Shown: in pieces, positions 8,840 through 17,981 of the stretch | Position numbering within the stretch: the first letter of the stretch is position 1 | Layout: each line of letters starts with the position of its first letter | Program-made: the position numbers and the translations under genes | The notes under the pieces: model-generated | What the model was told of the DNA's origin: nothing | Seen by the model: the letters and a program-made list of their open reading frames with translations, nothing else | Database searches by the model: none | Assembly (NCBI GenBank): GCA_947259495.1 | Contig: CAMYLV010000014.1 | Coordinates: forward strand, 13,761-77,760 | Reading direction: 5' to 3' | DNA: 64,000 nucleotides | From: an uncultured Desulfobacterales bacterium | GTDB lineage: Bacteria > Desulfobacterota > Desulfobacteria > Desulfobacterales > JAHEIW01

Positions 8840-9049
8840 ATTATTTAGTTGCCCAAGTTTTTTTATGAATGCCTGTCCCGGTTCTGATTGGGCCACCATG
8901 GGCGCATAAATATTGTACTCGGGTTTCACGCCTGTCAAGGAATTATTTTTTTATATTTGAAGACAGCACATATTTGACTTATAACAGAATCTTCTCTATG
9001 CTTTTTTCAAAATAACCAACCAAAGAAATCCTGGGAAGGAGATTTCGTC

Positions 9050-10543
9050 ATGGAAATTAGCGCCAACACCAAAATCGACGATCTGTTGAAAGAATACCCT
9101 TTTTTGGAAGATTTTTTGATCAACTTGTCTCCCAAATTTAAGGGCCTCAAGAATCCGATTATGCGCAAAACCATCGGCAAGGTAGCCACCCTCGGCAAAA
9201 TCGCCGGTATCGGTGGGCTGGACCTTGACGATATCTTAGCAGCCCTGACAAAGGAAATAGACCGACAAGCGGGCAAAGCCGCAACACCGGATGAATCGAC
9301 ATCCGACGGGGCCGGCAGCGTTATCAGCGACCCGGTGGAGAAGCAGGCGGCGCTCAAGGAAATTATCAAAGCTCTGCATGCGGGCGAAGACATGGCGGTC
9401 CTCAAACAAAGATTCAGCGAGTTGGTCAAGGGTGTACAAGCAACAGAGATCGCCAAGATGGAGCAAGCCCTGATGGACGAGGGCCTGCCCGCTGAAGAAA
9501 TCAAGCGCCTGTGCGACGTCCATGTTGAAATATTTAAAGAGGCGCTCGAGGAGCAGGACCTACCGGAGCCCCCGATGGGGCATCCGATTCACACCTTCAT
9601 GAAGGAAAACCGCGCTTCTGAAAAGATCATGAGCGAGACCAGCATGCTCCTGGGGCGCGTCGGACACCCTCCCAAACCCGAGGCCTTCACAGAAAACAGC
9701 CAGGCACTAAAGTCTCTTATTGAACGCTTATGCGATGTCGATACCCATTATACCCGTAAGGAGAATCAGCTTTTTCCGATGCTGGAAGCCCACCATTTTA
9801 CCGGGCCCTCTCAGGTGATGTGGTCGATCCACGATGATATCCGCGCCAGCCTCAAGCAAGCCCGGGAGGCGTTTGCCAAATCCGATCCAGAGGGCACCAT
9901 AGCACCGCTGAAAGAAGCCATACAGGCGATTCGGGATATGATCTACAAGGAAGAGCACATCCTGTTTCCCGCCAGCCTGGATATGCTATCCGATCCGGAG
10001 TGGGTCAAAGTCAAGGAGGGTGAGGCCGATATCGGTTTTGCCTGGGTCGTTCCGGATTCGGGCTGGCCCGAAAATATCATCCAGCAGCCCGCGGAGGCAC
10101 CGCCCGAACCCGAAGCGGTCGTGCAGGATGTGGCCGGGGCCCTGGGTCTGGACACCGGACACATGACCCTGGAGCAGATCAACCTGATGCTCACCCACCT
10201 GCCGGTGGACTTAACCTTTGTCGATGAAAACGACCGGGTGGCCTACTATTCGGAAGGGCCGGAGCGGATTTTTCCCCGCAGTCCCGCGATCATCGGCCGC
10301 GAGGTCCGCAACTGCCACCCGCCCAAAAGCGTCCATCTGGTCAACCAGATCCTGGATGCCTTCAAGTCCGGTTCACGGGACACGGCCGAATTCTGGATTG
10401 AACTGGGCGGCAAATTCATCTACATCCGCTATTTTGCCGTGCGGGATACGAGTGGTTATTACCGGGGGTGCCTGGAGGTCAGTCAGGACCTGACCCACAT
10501 CCGCAAACTGGAAGGCCAACAGCGGCTGCTGGACTGGGAATAG
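9050..10543 (+). CDS. DUF1858-hemerythrin-DUF438-PAS sensor-type protein
   Basis: The N-terminus TKIDDLLKEYPFLEDFL...MRKTIGKVATL is DUF1858-like. The central region has HHE-type His/Glu repeats. The C-terminus LTFVDENDRVAYYS...RNCHPPKS matches DUF438/PAS. GGAAGGAG lies upstream of the ATG. Confidence 0.8.
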   Translation: MEISANTKIDDLLKEYPFLEDFLINLSPKFKGLKNPIMRKTIGKVATLGKIAGIGGLDLDDILAALTKEIDRQAGKAATPDESTSDGAGSVISDPVEKQAALKEIIKALHAGEDMAVLKQRFSELVKGVQATEIAKMEQALMDEGLPAEEIKRLCDVHVEIFKEALEEQDLPEPPMGHPIHTFMKENRASEKIMSETSMLLGRVGHPPKPEAFTENSQALKSLIERLCDVDTHYTRKENQLFPMLEAHHFTGPSQVMWSIHDDIRASLKQAREAFAKSDPEGTIAPLKEAIQAIRDMIYKEEHILFPASLDMLSDPEWVKVKEGEADIGFAWVVPDSGWPENIIQQPAEAPPEPEAVVQDVAGALGLDTGHMTLEQINLMLTHLPVDLTFVDENDRVAYYSEGPERIFPRSPAIIGREVRNCHPPKSVHLVNQILDAFKSGSRDTAEFWIELGGKFIYIRYFAVRDTSGYYRGCLEVSQDLTHIRKLEGQQRLLDWE

Positions 10544-10610
10544 TTGGCACACTGCCCGGAGAATTTCAAGGTTGAAGATGGACAGGCGCATCCGAAGATT
10601 CTGTGATATT

Positions 10611-10709
10611 ATAGGGGTTGTCAAAAAAACATTGTGGTATTCAAACGTTTTTTTCTACAACCCCTTATGCCGCACTTCCATCATTCGAAAAATTATTATG
10701 GAAAGCGGT
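10611..10709 (+). repeat. hairpin repeat family R1, copy 1
   Basis: ataGGGGTTGTcAAAAAAAC...GTTTTTTTctACAACCCCttatgccgc.cttcc...attattatggaaagcggt. Homologous copies lie at 31326-31429 and, reversed, at 55514-55617. Confidence 0.8.
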
Positions 10710-10755
10710 GAAAATTCATTCTCAACTTCGCATTAATTTTCATGCAAGATTCAGG
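10710..10755 (-). repeat. R2 motif copy d, nested between a 14-16-bp direct duplication of the R1 tail
   Basis: The reverse complement reads cctgaatcttgcatgaaaattaatgcgaagttgagaatgaattttc. It is flanked by ttatggaaagcggt on both sides. Confidence 0.7.
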
Positions 10756-10757
10756 TA

Positions 10758-11366
10758 TTATGGAAAGCGGTATAAACGTTCAGACAGCTGCATCCCCACC
10801 ATGGCCAGGCATTCCATATCCAGGTACTTTTCAGCCCGTCTTTCAAACAGCACCGCACAGCGGGCTGCAAATTCCTCATCGGTATCATTGAAAAGCATCA
10901 AAACCGGAATTTTCGGCAACGCATTGAACTGCATGCTCAGGTCATAGGAGAAAGTTGAGGCAGGTGGATGACCATGGTTTCCTCTGCAGGCCTCTTCCAG
11001 GTATTTCAGCCGCCCTGAAAAATATTTGGCCAGCGGAGCTTCGGTATAATTAACAAATGACCCGGCGAACGGTGCCGCGTCCTTAAAATCCTTGAAGGAG
11101 ACCCAGTCATCTTCAATGGGATCGACGTCCGGGCACAACAGCAGATATTTAAACAGCACGACACTTACTGAAAAGTCAGGCCGGTTGCCGGAAGGATCGC
11201 TGAGTCCCTGAGTGGATACTCGGTGGGGATTCCCGAAAAAGGGAATGATCAATTCAGCACCACTCATTTCAGCCCCGAGCCGTTCGGCAATCCGTGCAAA
11301 GTCCAGTTCGGCAATCCGGGTCAAATAGTTCTTGTAGGTTTCCTCAAATACAGACGTTGGGTTCAT
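10758..11366 (-). CDS. DUF3786-like protein (202 aa)
   Basis: The family call is from memory of the DUF3786 layout and is not verified. The last 7 codons (ERLYRFP-stop) are encoded by the R1-tail repeat. Confidence 0.55.
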   Translation of the reverse strand: MNPTSVFEETYKNYLTRIAELDFARIAERLGAEMSGAELIIPFFGNPHRVSTQGLSDPSGNRPDFSVSVVLFKYLLLCPDVDPIEDDWVSFKDFKDAAPFAGSFVNYTEAPLAKYFSGRLKYLEEACRGNHGHPPASTFSYDLSMQFNALPKIPVLMLFNDTDEEFAARCAVLFERRAEKYLDMECLAMVGMQLSERLYRFP

Positions 11367-11433
11367 GTTTTAGGCAAAAAAATTCTTATGACGTCAGTTA
11401 TTAATTTTCAGTCGTTTTCAGGTGCCAACATTC

Positions 11434-11573
11434 AGGTTCAGCGTTCTGGGTTCAGGGTTATTGCCTTAAATCGACTGGACGAGCTGCAAGTTGGCTACTG
11501 GATCTTTTACTTTCACATTCCCTTCATGCTTTTTCAGCGTTAATCAGCCTTTGAACCTCTGAACGTTGAACCT
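11434..11573. repeat. long imperfect intergenic palindrome
   Basis: aggttcagcgttc (11434-11446) pairs with gaacgttgaacct (11561-11573) at 12/13. The centre contains gacgagct, as in the 58658-58813 element. Confidence 0.5.
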
Positions 11574-11603
11574 TTGTTCCGGCTTTGCGTGAGGCCAGGT
11601 CAA

Positions 11604-12263
11604 TTAATCAACAATCGCAAACGCGCGCACCGGAAACGACCCCATCCCCTTTACCGGGGCCGGCACCGCAAAAAACTTAAAACCTTGATCCGGCAATTGA
11701 TCCAGATGACACATATGTTCAACAATCGGAATATTGGCCTGCAGCAAGATGGAATGCGCCGGTCGGGATCCGTCAGCGGTGTCGTCGATGTTGAGCGAGT
11801 CAATGCCCACCAGTCTGGCGCCTGCGGATTTCAGGTATTCAGCTGCATTTCGGGAAAGGAAGGGATGGTTTTCAAAATACGCATCGGTTCTCCAGTGCCG
11901 GTCCCAGCCGGTATTGATAAGGACTGCTTTGCCTTTTATATCATTTCCTTCGAAAAGGTCCCGATGAATGGACCTTTTTTCGTGATCTACACGAAACACA
12001 ATACCATCCAGATTTGCGACCGACGCCATTTTAAGCCCGGACAAATCGATTCCCTTTTCATAACGGTGAAATGGCGCATCGATGTAAGTCCCGGTATTGG
12101 CCACCATTTCGATTTTCCCGATCTGAAATGTCGTACCACCCGAATAATGGGATTCAGAATCATCTCGGGTCATATGGTCGCTGATAATCGGGCCGGGCAA
12201 TCCGGTGTACGTCACCATACCATTTTTGATCACATGGCCTAAGTCTATGAATTGGGTCATCAT
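11604..12263 (-). CDS. cyclase-family protein (kynurenine formamidase-like fold)
   Basis: GTYIDAPFHR and the DxxxxH-type metal motifs of the putative cyclase family (PF04199-like). Confidence 0.8.
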   Translation of the reverse strand: MMTQFIDLGHVIKNGMVTYTGLPGPIISDHMTRDDSESHYSGGTTFQIGKIEMVANTGTYIDAPFHRYEKGIDLSGLKMASVANLDGIVFRVDHEKRSIHRDLFEGNDIKGKAVLINTGWDRHWRTDAYFENHPFLSRNAAEYLKSAGARLVGIDSLNIDDTADGSRPAHSILLQANIPIVEHMCHLDQLPDQGFKFFAVPAPVKGMGSFPVRAFAIVD

Positions 12264-12280
12264 AAATACCCTTAATTATT

Positions 12281-12538
12281 CACCGCAAAGACGCAAAGGG
12301 CGCAGAGTGAAATATCTTTTAGTTTTTCGCTGAGAGGGCGAAAAACTAAAAACCTCAGCCCTACGGGCAAGGTTTTATCTCCTAAAACAATGGTCACTGA
12401 TACTGAAGCCTAAAAATCCATTAACACCCATTTCATAATTTGATTTGCTGCCGCAGGCAGATTGTTTGGCCTGATTTTCCCTCTCAGGAAATCTGGCCAA
12501 GAAAAAATTATCTCTGCGAACTCTGCGCCTTTGCGGTG
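12281..12538. repeat. about 260-bp palindromic intergenic element (family R4)
   Basis: Left arm: caccgcaaagacgcaaagggcgcagag plus the hairpin tttttcgc-tgagagg-gcgaaaaa. Right arm: the hairpin gattttcc-ctctcagg-aaatc plus ctctgcgaactctgcgcctttgcggtg. A single-arm copy lies at 35273-35362. Confidence 0.75.
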
Positions 12539-12541
12539 AGT

Positions 12542-13249
12542 TTAGACTTCGATGGCGGCGCCGATTTTCTTCAGATGCTCCCGAAAGCTATAAGTCGGAT
12601 TTTTGCTGCGCTTTTTTACGTATTCATCAAACTTAAATTGCTGCGACAGGGTTTTTCCATTTTTGATATTTTCAGCCTGGCTTTGTTCAATTTCCGCAAT
12701 TGTGCGGGCCACAGAAATGATGTCTTCGAGATCCTGTAGCAATGCGAAAACCACCCCATCATCATCGCCGAAAACGACATCATCGGCCGTTACTTTAAAA
12801 TCACCGAACCTGGCGGTCGTGAGGGCATCCGATCCCCGCGGGTAGGCGCGCTTGGGTCCCACCGGAAAAGCACCGTAAGTAAAAACGGGAAAGCCGATCT
12901 GAATAAGCTGCGACGTATCACGGTGAAACCCCCAGACCGCAATGCCCCCCAGACCCACTGCTTGCGCCTCCAAAACGGTCAAATCCCCGATGCAGCCCTC
13001 ATGCTTCCTGGCGGCATTGTCGATCGTCAGGATATCGCCGGCAGCCGCATTGGCCATGACTTCCAGAAAAATATCCACACTCCCGGAGTGCCTGACCGGC
13101 AGTACACGCCCGGCCATCCGCCAGCCCGGCACCAGCGGTTTGATCCCAATGGGCGCCACCCGCATGAAAACGCCCAGTCGCACACATGCATCGGTAATTA
13201 AAGGGGTTGAAAGTGTGGCAAAGGCATCTTTTAGGCTCTTGTTATCCAT
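12542..13249 (-). CDS. RraA-family protein (demethylmenaquinone methyltransferase/aldolase-like fold) with a C-terminal extension
   Basis: LITDACVRLG...GDILTIDNA...GCIGDLTVLEAQAVGLGGIAVWGFHRD. GGGAGGG lies 5 nt before the ATG at 13249. Confidence 0.8.
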   Translation of the reverse strand: MDNKSLKDAFATLSTPLITDACVRLGVFMRVAPIGIKPLVPGWRMAGRVLPVRHSGSVDIFLEVMANAAAGDILTIDNAARKHEGCIGDLTVLEAQAVGLGGIAVWGFHRDTSQLIQIGFPVFTYGAFPVGPKRAYPRGSDALTTARFGDFKVTADDVVFGDDDGVVFALLQDLEDIISVARTIAEIEQSQAENIKNGKTLSQQFKFDEYVKKRSKNPTYSFREHLKKIGAAIEV

Positions 13250-13417
13250 ACAACCCTCCCGAAACGCTTTCATACCTGGAAAATAATTGGAAATCCCCAA
13301 TTGAACAATATGCAGTTTTTATTGCTAACAAGGTTATTGGAATGCTGCTTTATAAGGAACAATGGATGAAAACACAAGAAATTATATAAAATTTGAAACG
13401 CTCAATTTAGGTAAAAA

Positions 13418-14653
13418 TTATTGTTGAACTGGAAATTGCTTACAAAGGTTTCGAACGTCTTGCGCCACCTGGTTCAGGATCTGCGTACTTTCAATATTGG
13501 ACATCGACTTGTCCATCATGCGGGCAATCTGTCGCGCCTCTGGTTCCTGCATGCCTCTGGACGTAATCGCCGGACTACCCATTCGGATGCCGCTGCTGAC
13601 CTCCGGTCTTTCCGGATCAGCAGGGATAACATTGCGGTTGACAATAATTCCCACCGACTCCAGTGTTTTTTCAGCACGCGCTCCGGTTAGCCCTTTGGAT
13701 CGCAGATCGATCAACACCAGATGGTTTTCGGTCCCACCGGAAACAATTCGATACCCCAGACGTTCAAATTCAGCGGCAAAACAAGCCGCATTATTTAACG
13801 TTTTCTTTTGAAGTTCAACAAAATCCTCTGTCAAGCCCAGATGGAAGCAGACCGCCTTGGCAGCGATTAAATTGAGCGAAGGGGTCCCTTGACCACCGGG
13901 GAATATGGCCCTGTTAATACGGTCGGTGTGTTTTTGCCTGCACAAAATAACGCCGCCACGCCCCCCGCGTAAGGTTTTGTAAGTGGTAAAGGTCACAAAA
14001 TCGGCAAGGGGAACCGGACTGGGGATGACTTTTGCGGCCACCAGACCTGCAATGTGGGCCATGTCGACCAGCAAGACAGCCGAAACCGACTGTGCAATTT
14101 CAGCCATTTTTTCATAATCGATCAAACGGGGGTATGAGCTGGCACCGGCGACGATCATGCGAGGTCCGAAACTTTTAGCAAGATCTTCGATTTCGTCATA
14201 GTCAATTTGTTCGGTTTTAAGATTGAGCCCGTAATGCTGAAAGTCAAAACAGCGGCTGGTCATTGAGGCAGCATCACCATGGGACAGGTGCCCCCCGTGG
14301 GATAATTTCATCGACAGGATGCGATCACCCACATCGAGCACGGAAAAATAGACCGCCAGGTTGGCTGAAACCCCGCTGTGCGGCTGAACATTGGCATGTT
14401 CGGCTCCGAACAGACGTTTGGCTCTGGAAACGGCAAGGCTTTCCAGCGCGTCGGCATGCCGGCAGCCGGCGTGAAACCGATTGCCCGGGAATCCTTCTGC
14501 CGCTTTGAGACTGAAAATCGAACCCTGAGCTTCCAGAACAGACAGGGGTGCATGATTTTCAGCCGCAATCAGGTCCAGCGTGTTTTCAACTCTGGATTCT
14601 TCGTCCCGAATAATCCGGGCCACCTCCGGATCATCTTCCATCAAATATGGCAT
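13418..14653 (-). CDS. glyA: serine hydroxymethyltransferase
   Basis: LIAAENH...SGVSANLAVY...TTYKTLRGGRGG (PLP-Lys motif). AAGGTG lies 6 nt before the ATG at 14653. Confidence 0.95.
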   Translation of the reverse strand: MPYLMEDDPEVARIIRDEESRVENTLDLIAAENHAPLSVLEAQGSIFSLKAAEGFPGNRFHAGCRHADALESLAVSRAKRLFGAEHANVQPHSGVSANLAVYFSVLDVGDRILSMKLSHGGHLSHGDAASMTSRCFDFQHYGLNLKTEQIDYDEIEDLAKSFGPRMIVAGASSYPRLIDYEKMAEIAQSVSAVLLVDMAHIAGLVAAKVIPSPVPLADFVTFTTYKTLRGGRGGVILCRQKHTDRINRAIFPGGQGTPSLNLIAAKAVCFHLGLTEDFVELQKKTLNNAACFAAEFERLGYRIVSGGTENHLVLIDLRSKGLTGARAEKTLESVGIIVNRNVIPADPERPEVSSGIRMGSPAITSRGMQEPEARQIARMMDKSMSNIESTQILNQVAQDVRNLCKQFPVQQ

Positions 14654-14742
14654 AATTGCACCTTGGCTATTTTTATTCAAACCGCAGTTTTGCGCAGATA
14701 TCCGCAGACGACTTTGTTCGGCCTATCTGGCCGAACAGCAGA

Positions 14743-17219
14743 TTAGGTCCGGATTACCGATTTATCGGGTCCGAAGGGCTTAAAGGTGACAATCAACTGC
14801 GGCAGCAGCGTCAGGGCAGCCAATAGGGCAATGAACATAGCCAATGCCGTCAGCAGACCGAAATATATGCTGGGAATAAAATTGGACAGGGCCAGTATCG
14901 AGAAACCGATAATAATCGTCAGTGATGTGTAGTACATGGCGCGGCCAATGCTGCCGTGACATTGGAGAGCGGTCTTAATATAGCCGGTTTCAGACTGAAA
15001 CTCGTGTCTGAATCGGTAAATGTAGTGAATCGTGTTATCCACTGCAATCCCGATGCTGATGGCAGCTATGGTAATGGTCATCATGTCCAGGGGAATTTTC
15101 AGCCATCCCATAACACCCAGCACCACTGAAATCGCCAGCAGATTGGGTGCGAGGGCGATCAGCGCCAGTTTCAACGATCGAAACAGAATCAGGAACATAC
15201 CCAAAAGCGCCAGGAGGACCACTCCCAGGGTGAGAATCTGGGACTCAAACAAGCTCTGCAGCATATTATTATAGAGCACCAGCATACCGGCCAAATGGAC
15301 CTTCTCTTCCTTTAGTCCCAGTTTGTTGACCAGGTCGTGCCGGATCTTTTTCAACAGGGCGTCACGTCTCAATGATTTTTCGGAATCCTTGACACGGATA
15401 GAATATCGTAGCTGATTATGTTGGGGAGATACATAGGGTTTTAATATGATGCGCTTAAATTTTTGAGGCAGTTCGCTGTATACCAGCGCCAGCTGAAAAT
15501 TGTCCAACGGTTGGCCGTTGTTTAATTTTGCAGCCATCTTCAGCATCGTTGCCAGCGACAGGACTTTGCCGATCTCCGGCAGGCTGTCAAGGTAATCATG
15601 GATTTTAGTCGCCTGAGCCATTCGGTCGGCGGTAAACCAATATTTTTCATCATTGCCTTCTTCGAACTCATCAAACTTCTCAAATTCTTCACCGCCGGGT
15701 TCTTCGGTTTTATCCGCAGCCACTGCGATTGGTGTATCAGGCCCATCGATTTCGACAATGACATCCAATGGGGTGGTGCCACCCAGTTTTTCGTCAATGA
15801 CTTTCAGACCCCGATAAATTTCGGTGGTATCTTTGAAGTAATTAATAAAGCTGTTTTCAACGACGAGTCTGGTCATGCCGAGGACGTTCATAATTAGAAT
15901 GAGGCAGCTGCCGATGAGGATCAACCTACCATGCGCTTCGGTAAACCGGCCTAAAAATGATGTAAAAGAGAACCTTTTGGTCTTTATGACCTGCGGAGCT
16001 TCTTTGCCCAGCAACATAAGCCCGGCCGGAAAGAATAAAAATGTCACAATCAGAGAAACAACGATACCGGCACTCATCATCCAGCCAAAGGTTCTGACGG
16101 GCAGGATATCGCAGAGCAGCAGCGAACTGAATCCGGCGATCGTCGTAAATGCGGCATACAGGCAGGGCGTCAGCATTAAGCGGACGGTTTCAAGAATCAG
16201 TTGGCGCTGATCAGCTTCAGGTTTATTCAACAAAAGATCCTGGTAGCGTACGATCAAATGGATCGTAATCGCCATGGTAATGATCAGCTGTAATGATATA
16301 AAATTAGAAGAAATAACCGTGACCTTCCAGCCAAACATCCCCAGCAGTCCCATCATTGAAATGGTTGCAAAAACACAGCATAGCATCGGCAATAAGACCC
16401 AGCGAATTTTTCTAAAAATGATGCTCAAGGTAACGACGAGAAAAAATGCGACTCCGATGCCGAATACCTTCAGGTCTTGCTTAACAAAACTGATTAGATC
16501 GTCTGATATGACGCTGATGCCGCCCAGGAAGAGCTCGGCATCCTGACGGTAGTTGTCCATAATGGCCCGGATAGCGGCTATATCCTCATGTCGGATTTGC
16601 CTTCGCTTTTCTCGATGCTTTTGGAGTTGCGCTTTGACCTTTTTGAATTCGATAAATTGCCAAAACGCGTCAATAAGCCCTGATAGACTTCGTCGACCGG
16701 GAATTTAACCTGAAGACCGGTGGTCTTGAGATCGGGGCTGACAAGCAGATTTTGGTAAAGAGGACTGTTTTTAAACTCGATTGTGGCCAGATTTCGATCT
16801 ACGGTAGGAGATTCAAGGGTTTGGATGCTGGTGGTGAGTTCCTTAACCGGCACCGGAGGACTTTCCAACAAGGGGGCATCCAATATGGAAACCACTGAAG
16901 TCACCCTGTTTAACCGCTTTAATTCATCCCGCAGCCGGGTCAGTTTTTTCAGGGCCTCATCTGAGAACAAATCGGCTGTTGGGGAATAGGTCAGCAATAA
17001 ATAATCGTGCCCTCCATAGCGCGATTTAATCAGCCGCGAATATAGCAAGTCTTCATCGGTCTCGATAATCAGCGTTTCGTTGGACGCATCGAGCTTAAAG
17101 TTCTTTGCCTGATAGCCCAGAAAAATAACAATTGCCAGTAAACAAAGTATGACAATTCCCGGGCGTTGGAGAATAACGCTGTCGTAAAGACGCATTGTCA
17201 GAGAATGGCGCGTTGTCAT
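14743..17219 (-). pseudogene. MMPL/RND-superfamily exporter interrupted by a single frameshift
   Basis: ORF 16578-17219 covers the N-terminal TM helix and periplasmic domain. ORF 14743-16560 covers the rest, about 11 TM helices. The downstream frame stays open upstream to 16704 and reads ...GLIDAFWQFIEFKKVKAQLQKHREKRRQIRHEDIAAIRAIMDNY. The two frames overlap over 16578-16704. Confidence 0.65.
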
Positions 17220-17250
17220 CTAAGCAGCCTAACTCGGTGGGCAGGGGTTT

Positions 17251-17853
17251 TCAGTTGGCAATCGGTTTTTCCAGTTTCTCAAGTAGGTCGTCAAAGGTCC
17301 CATTTTTTAAAATCTCGGCAAATTGAGAGCGGTAGCTTCGAATAATGCTGACACCCTGAATCTCAATATCATATATCCGCCACCCGCTCTTTGACGCATA
17401 AAGCTTATATAACATGGATATTTTCTTACCGGTTGAAACCAGATCGGTGGGGATGTGGATTTTATTTTTGACCGCAACCGCCGACCCATAAATGATCTTT
17501 TCATCGGTATAAGCGGTGAGTTTATTGAGGTATGACCGCCGCAGGCGTTTAATAAAAAGTTCTGTAAAGCGATCTTTATTTTCCGTGGTCAGGCCCGGCC
17601 AGTGTTTTCTGCCCAGAGATAATTTGGCCATGAGCGGAAAATCAAACATGGGGGTAACGATTTCTTCGATCTGGCTTTGCTTTGTTTGTTCCTCAAGATC
17701 TTTATTTTGCAAAACCTCAAATACGGCAGCCAGTTTGGCCTTTAAAAAATCTTCAGCGCCATTTTGACTTTCGGCCAGCACCAACGGGTTCAACACGAAC
17801 AGACCCATTACAACATAAAGCCCGGCAATTTTAACCCATTTCTTTATATCCAT
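17251..17853 (-). CDS. MlaC/Ttg2D-family lipid-binding periplasmic protein
   Basis: A signal peptide plus the pattern ...MFDFPLMAKLSLGRKHW...F..LFIKRLRRSYL...IYDIEIQGVSIIRSYRSQF. Confidence 0.7.
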   Translation of the reverse strand: MDIKKWVKIAGLYVVMGLFVLNPLVLAESQNGAEDFLKAKLAAVFEVLQNKDLEEQTKQSQIEEIVTPMFDFPLMAKLSLGRKHWPGLTTENKDRFTELFIKRLRRSYLNKLTAYTDEKIIYGSAVAVKNKIHIPTDLVSTGKKISMLYKLYASKSGWRIYDIEIQGVSIIRSYRSQFAEILKNGTFDDLLEKLEKPIAN

Positions 17854-17981
17854 TTTTAGATTCTGCTCCAAATTCAAATTTTTAAGAAGGATTACATACG
17901 AATACTAGGAAGGCAAGGTTTTTTAGCGGACCGGGGTTTCTCCTCAATCTCGAAAAAGAAAGGGTCTCAAAAAAGGGCTCA

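Noticed and set aside
12440-12739. A 99-aa plus-strand ORF spanning the R4 element and the 3' end of the RraA-family gene.
   Set aside because: The first half is repeat sequence and the second half is antisense to a well-supported gene.
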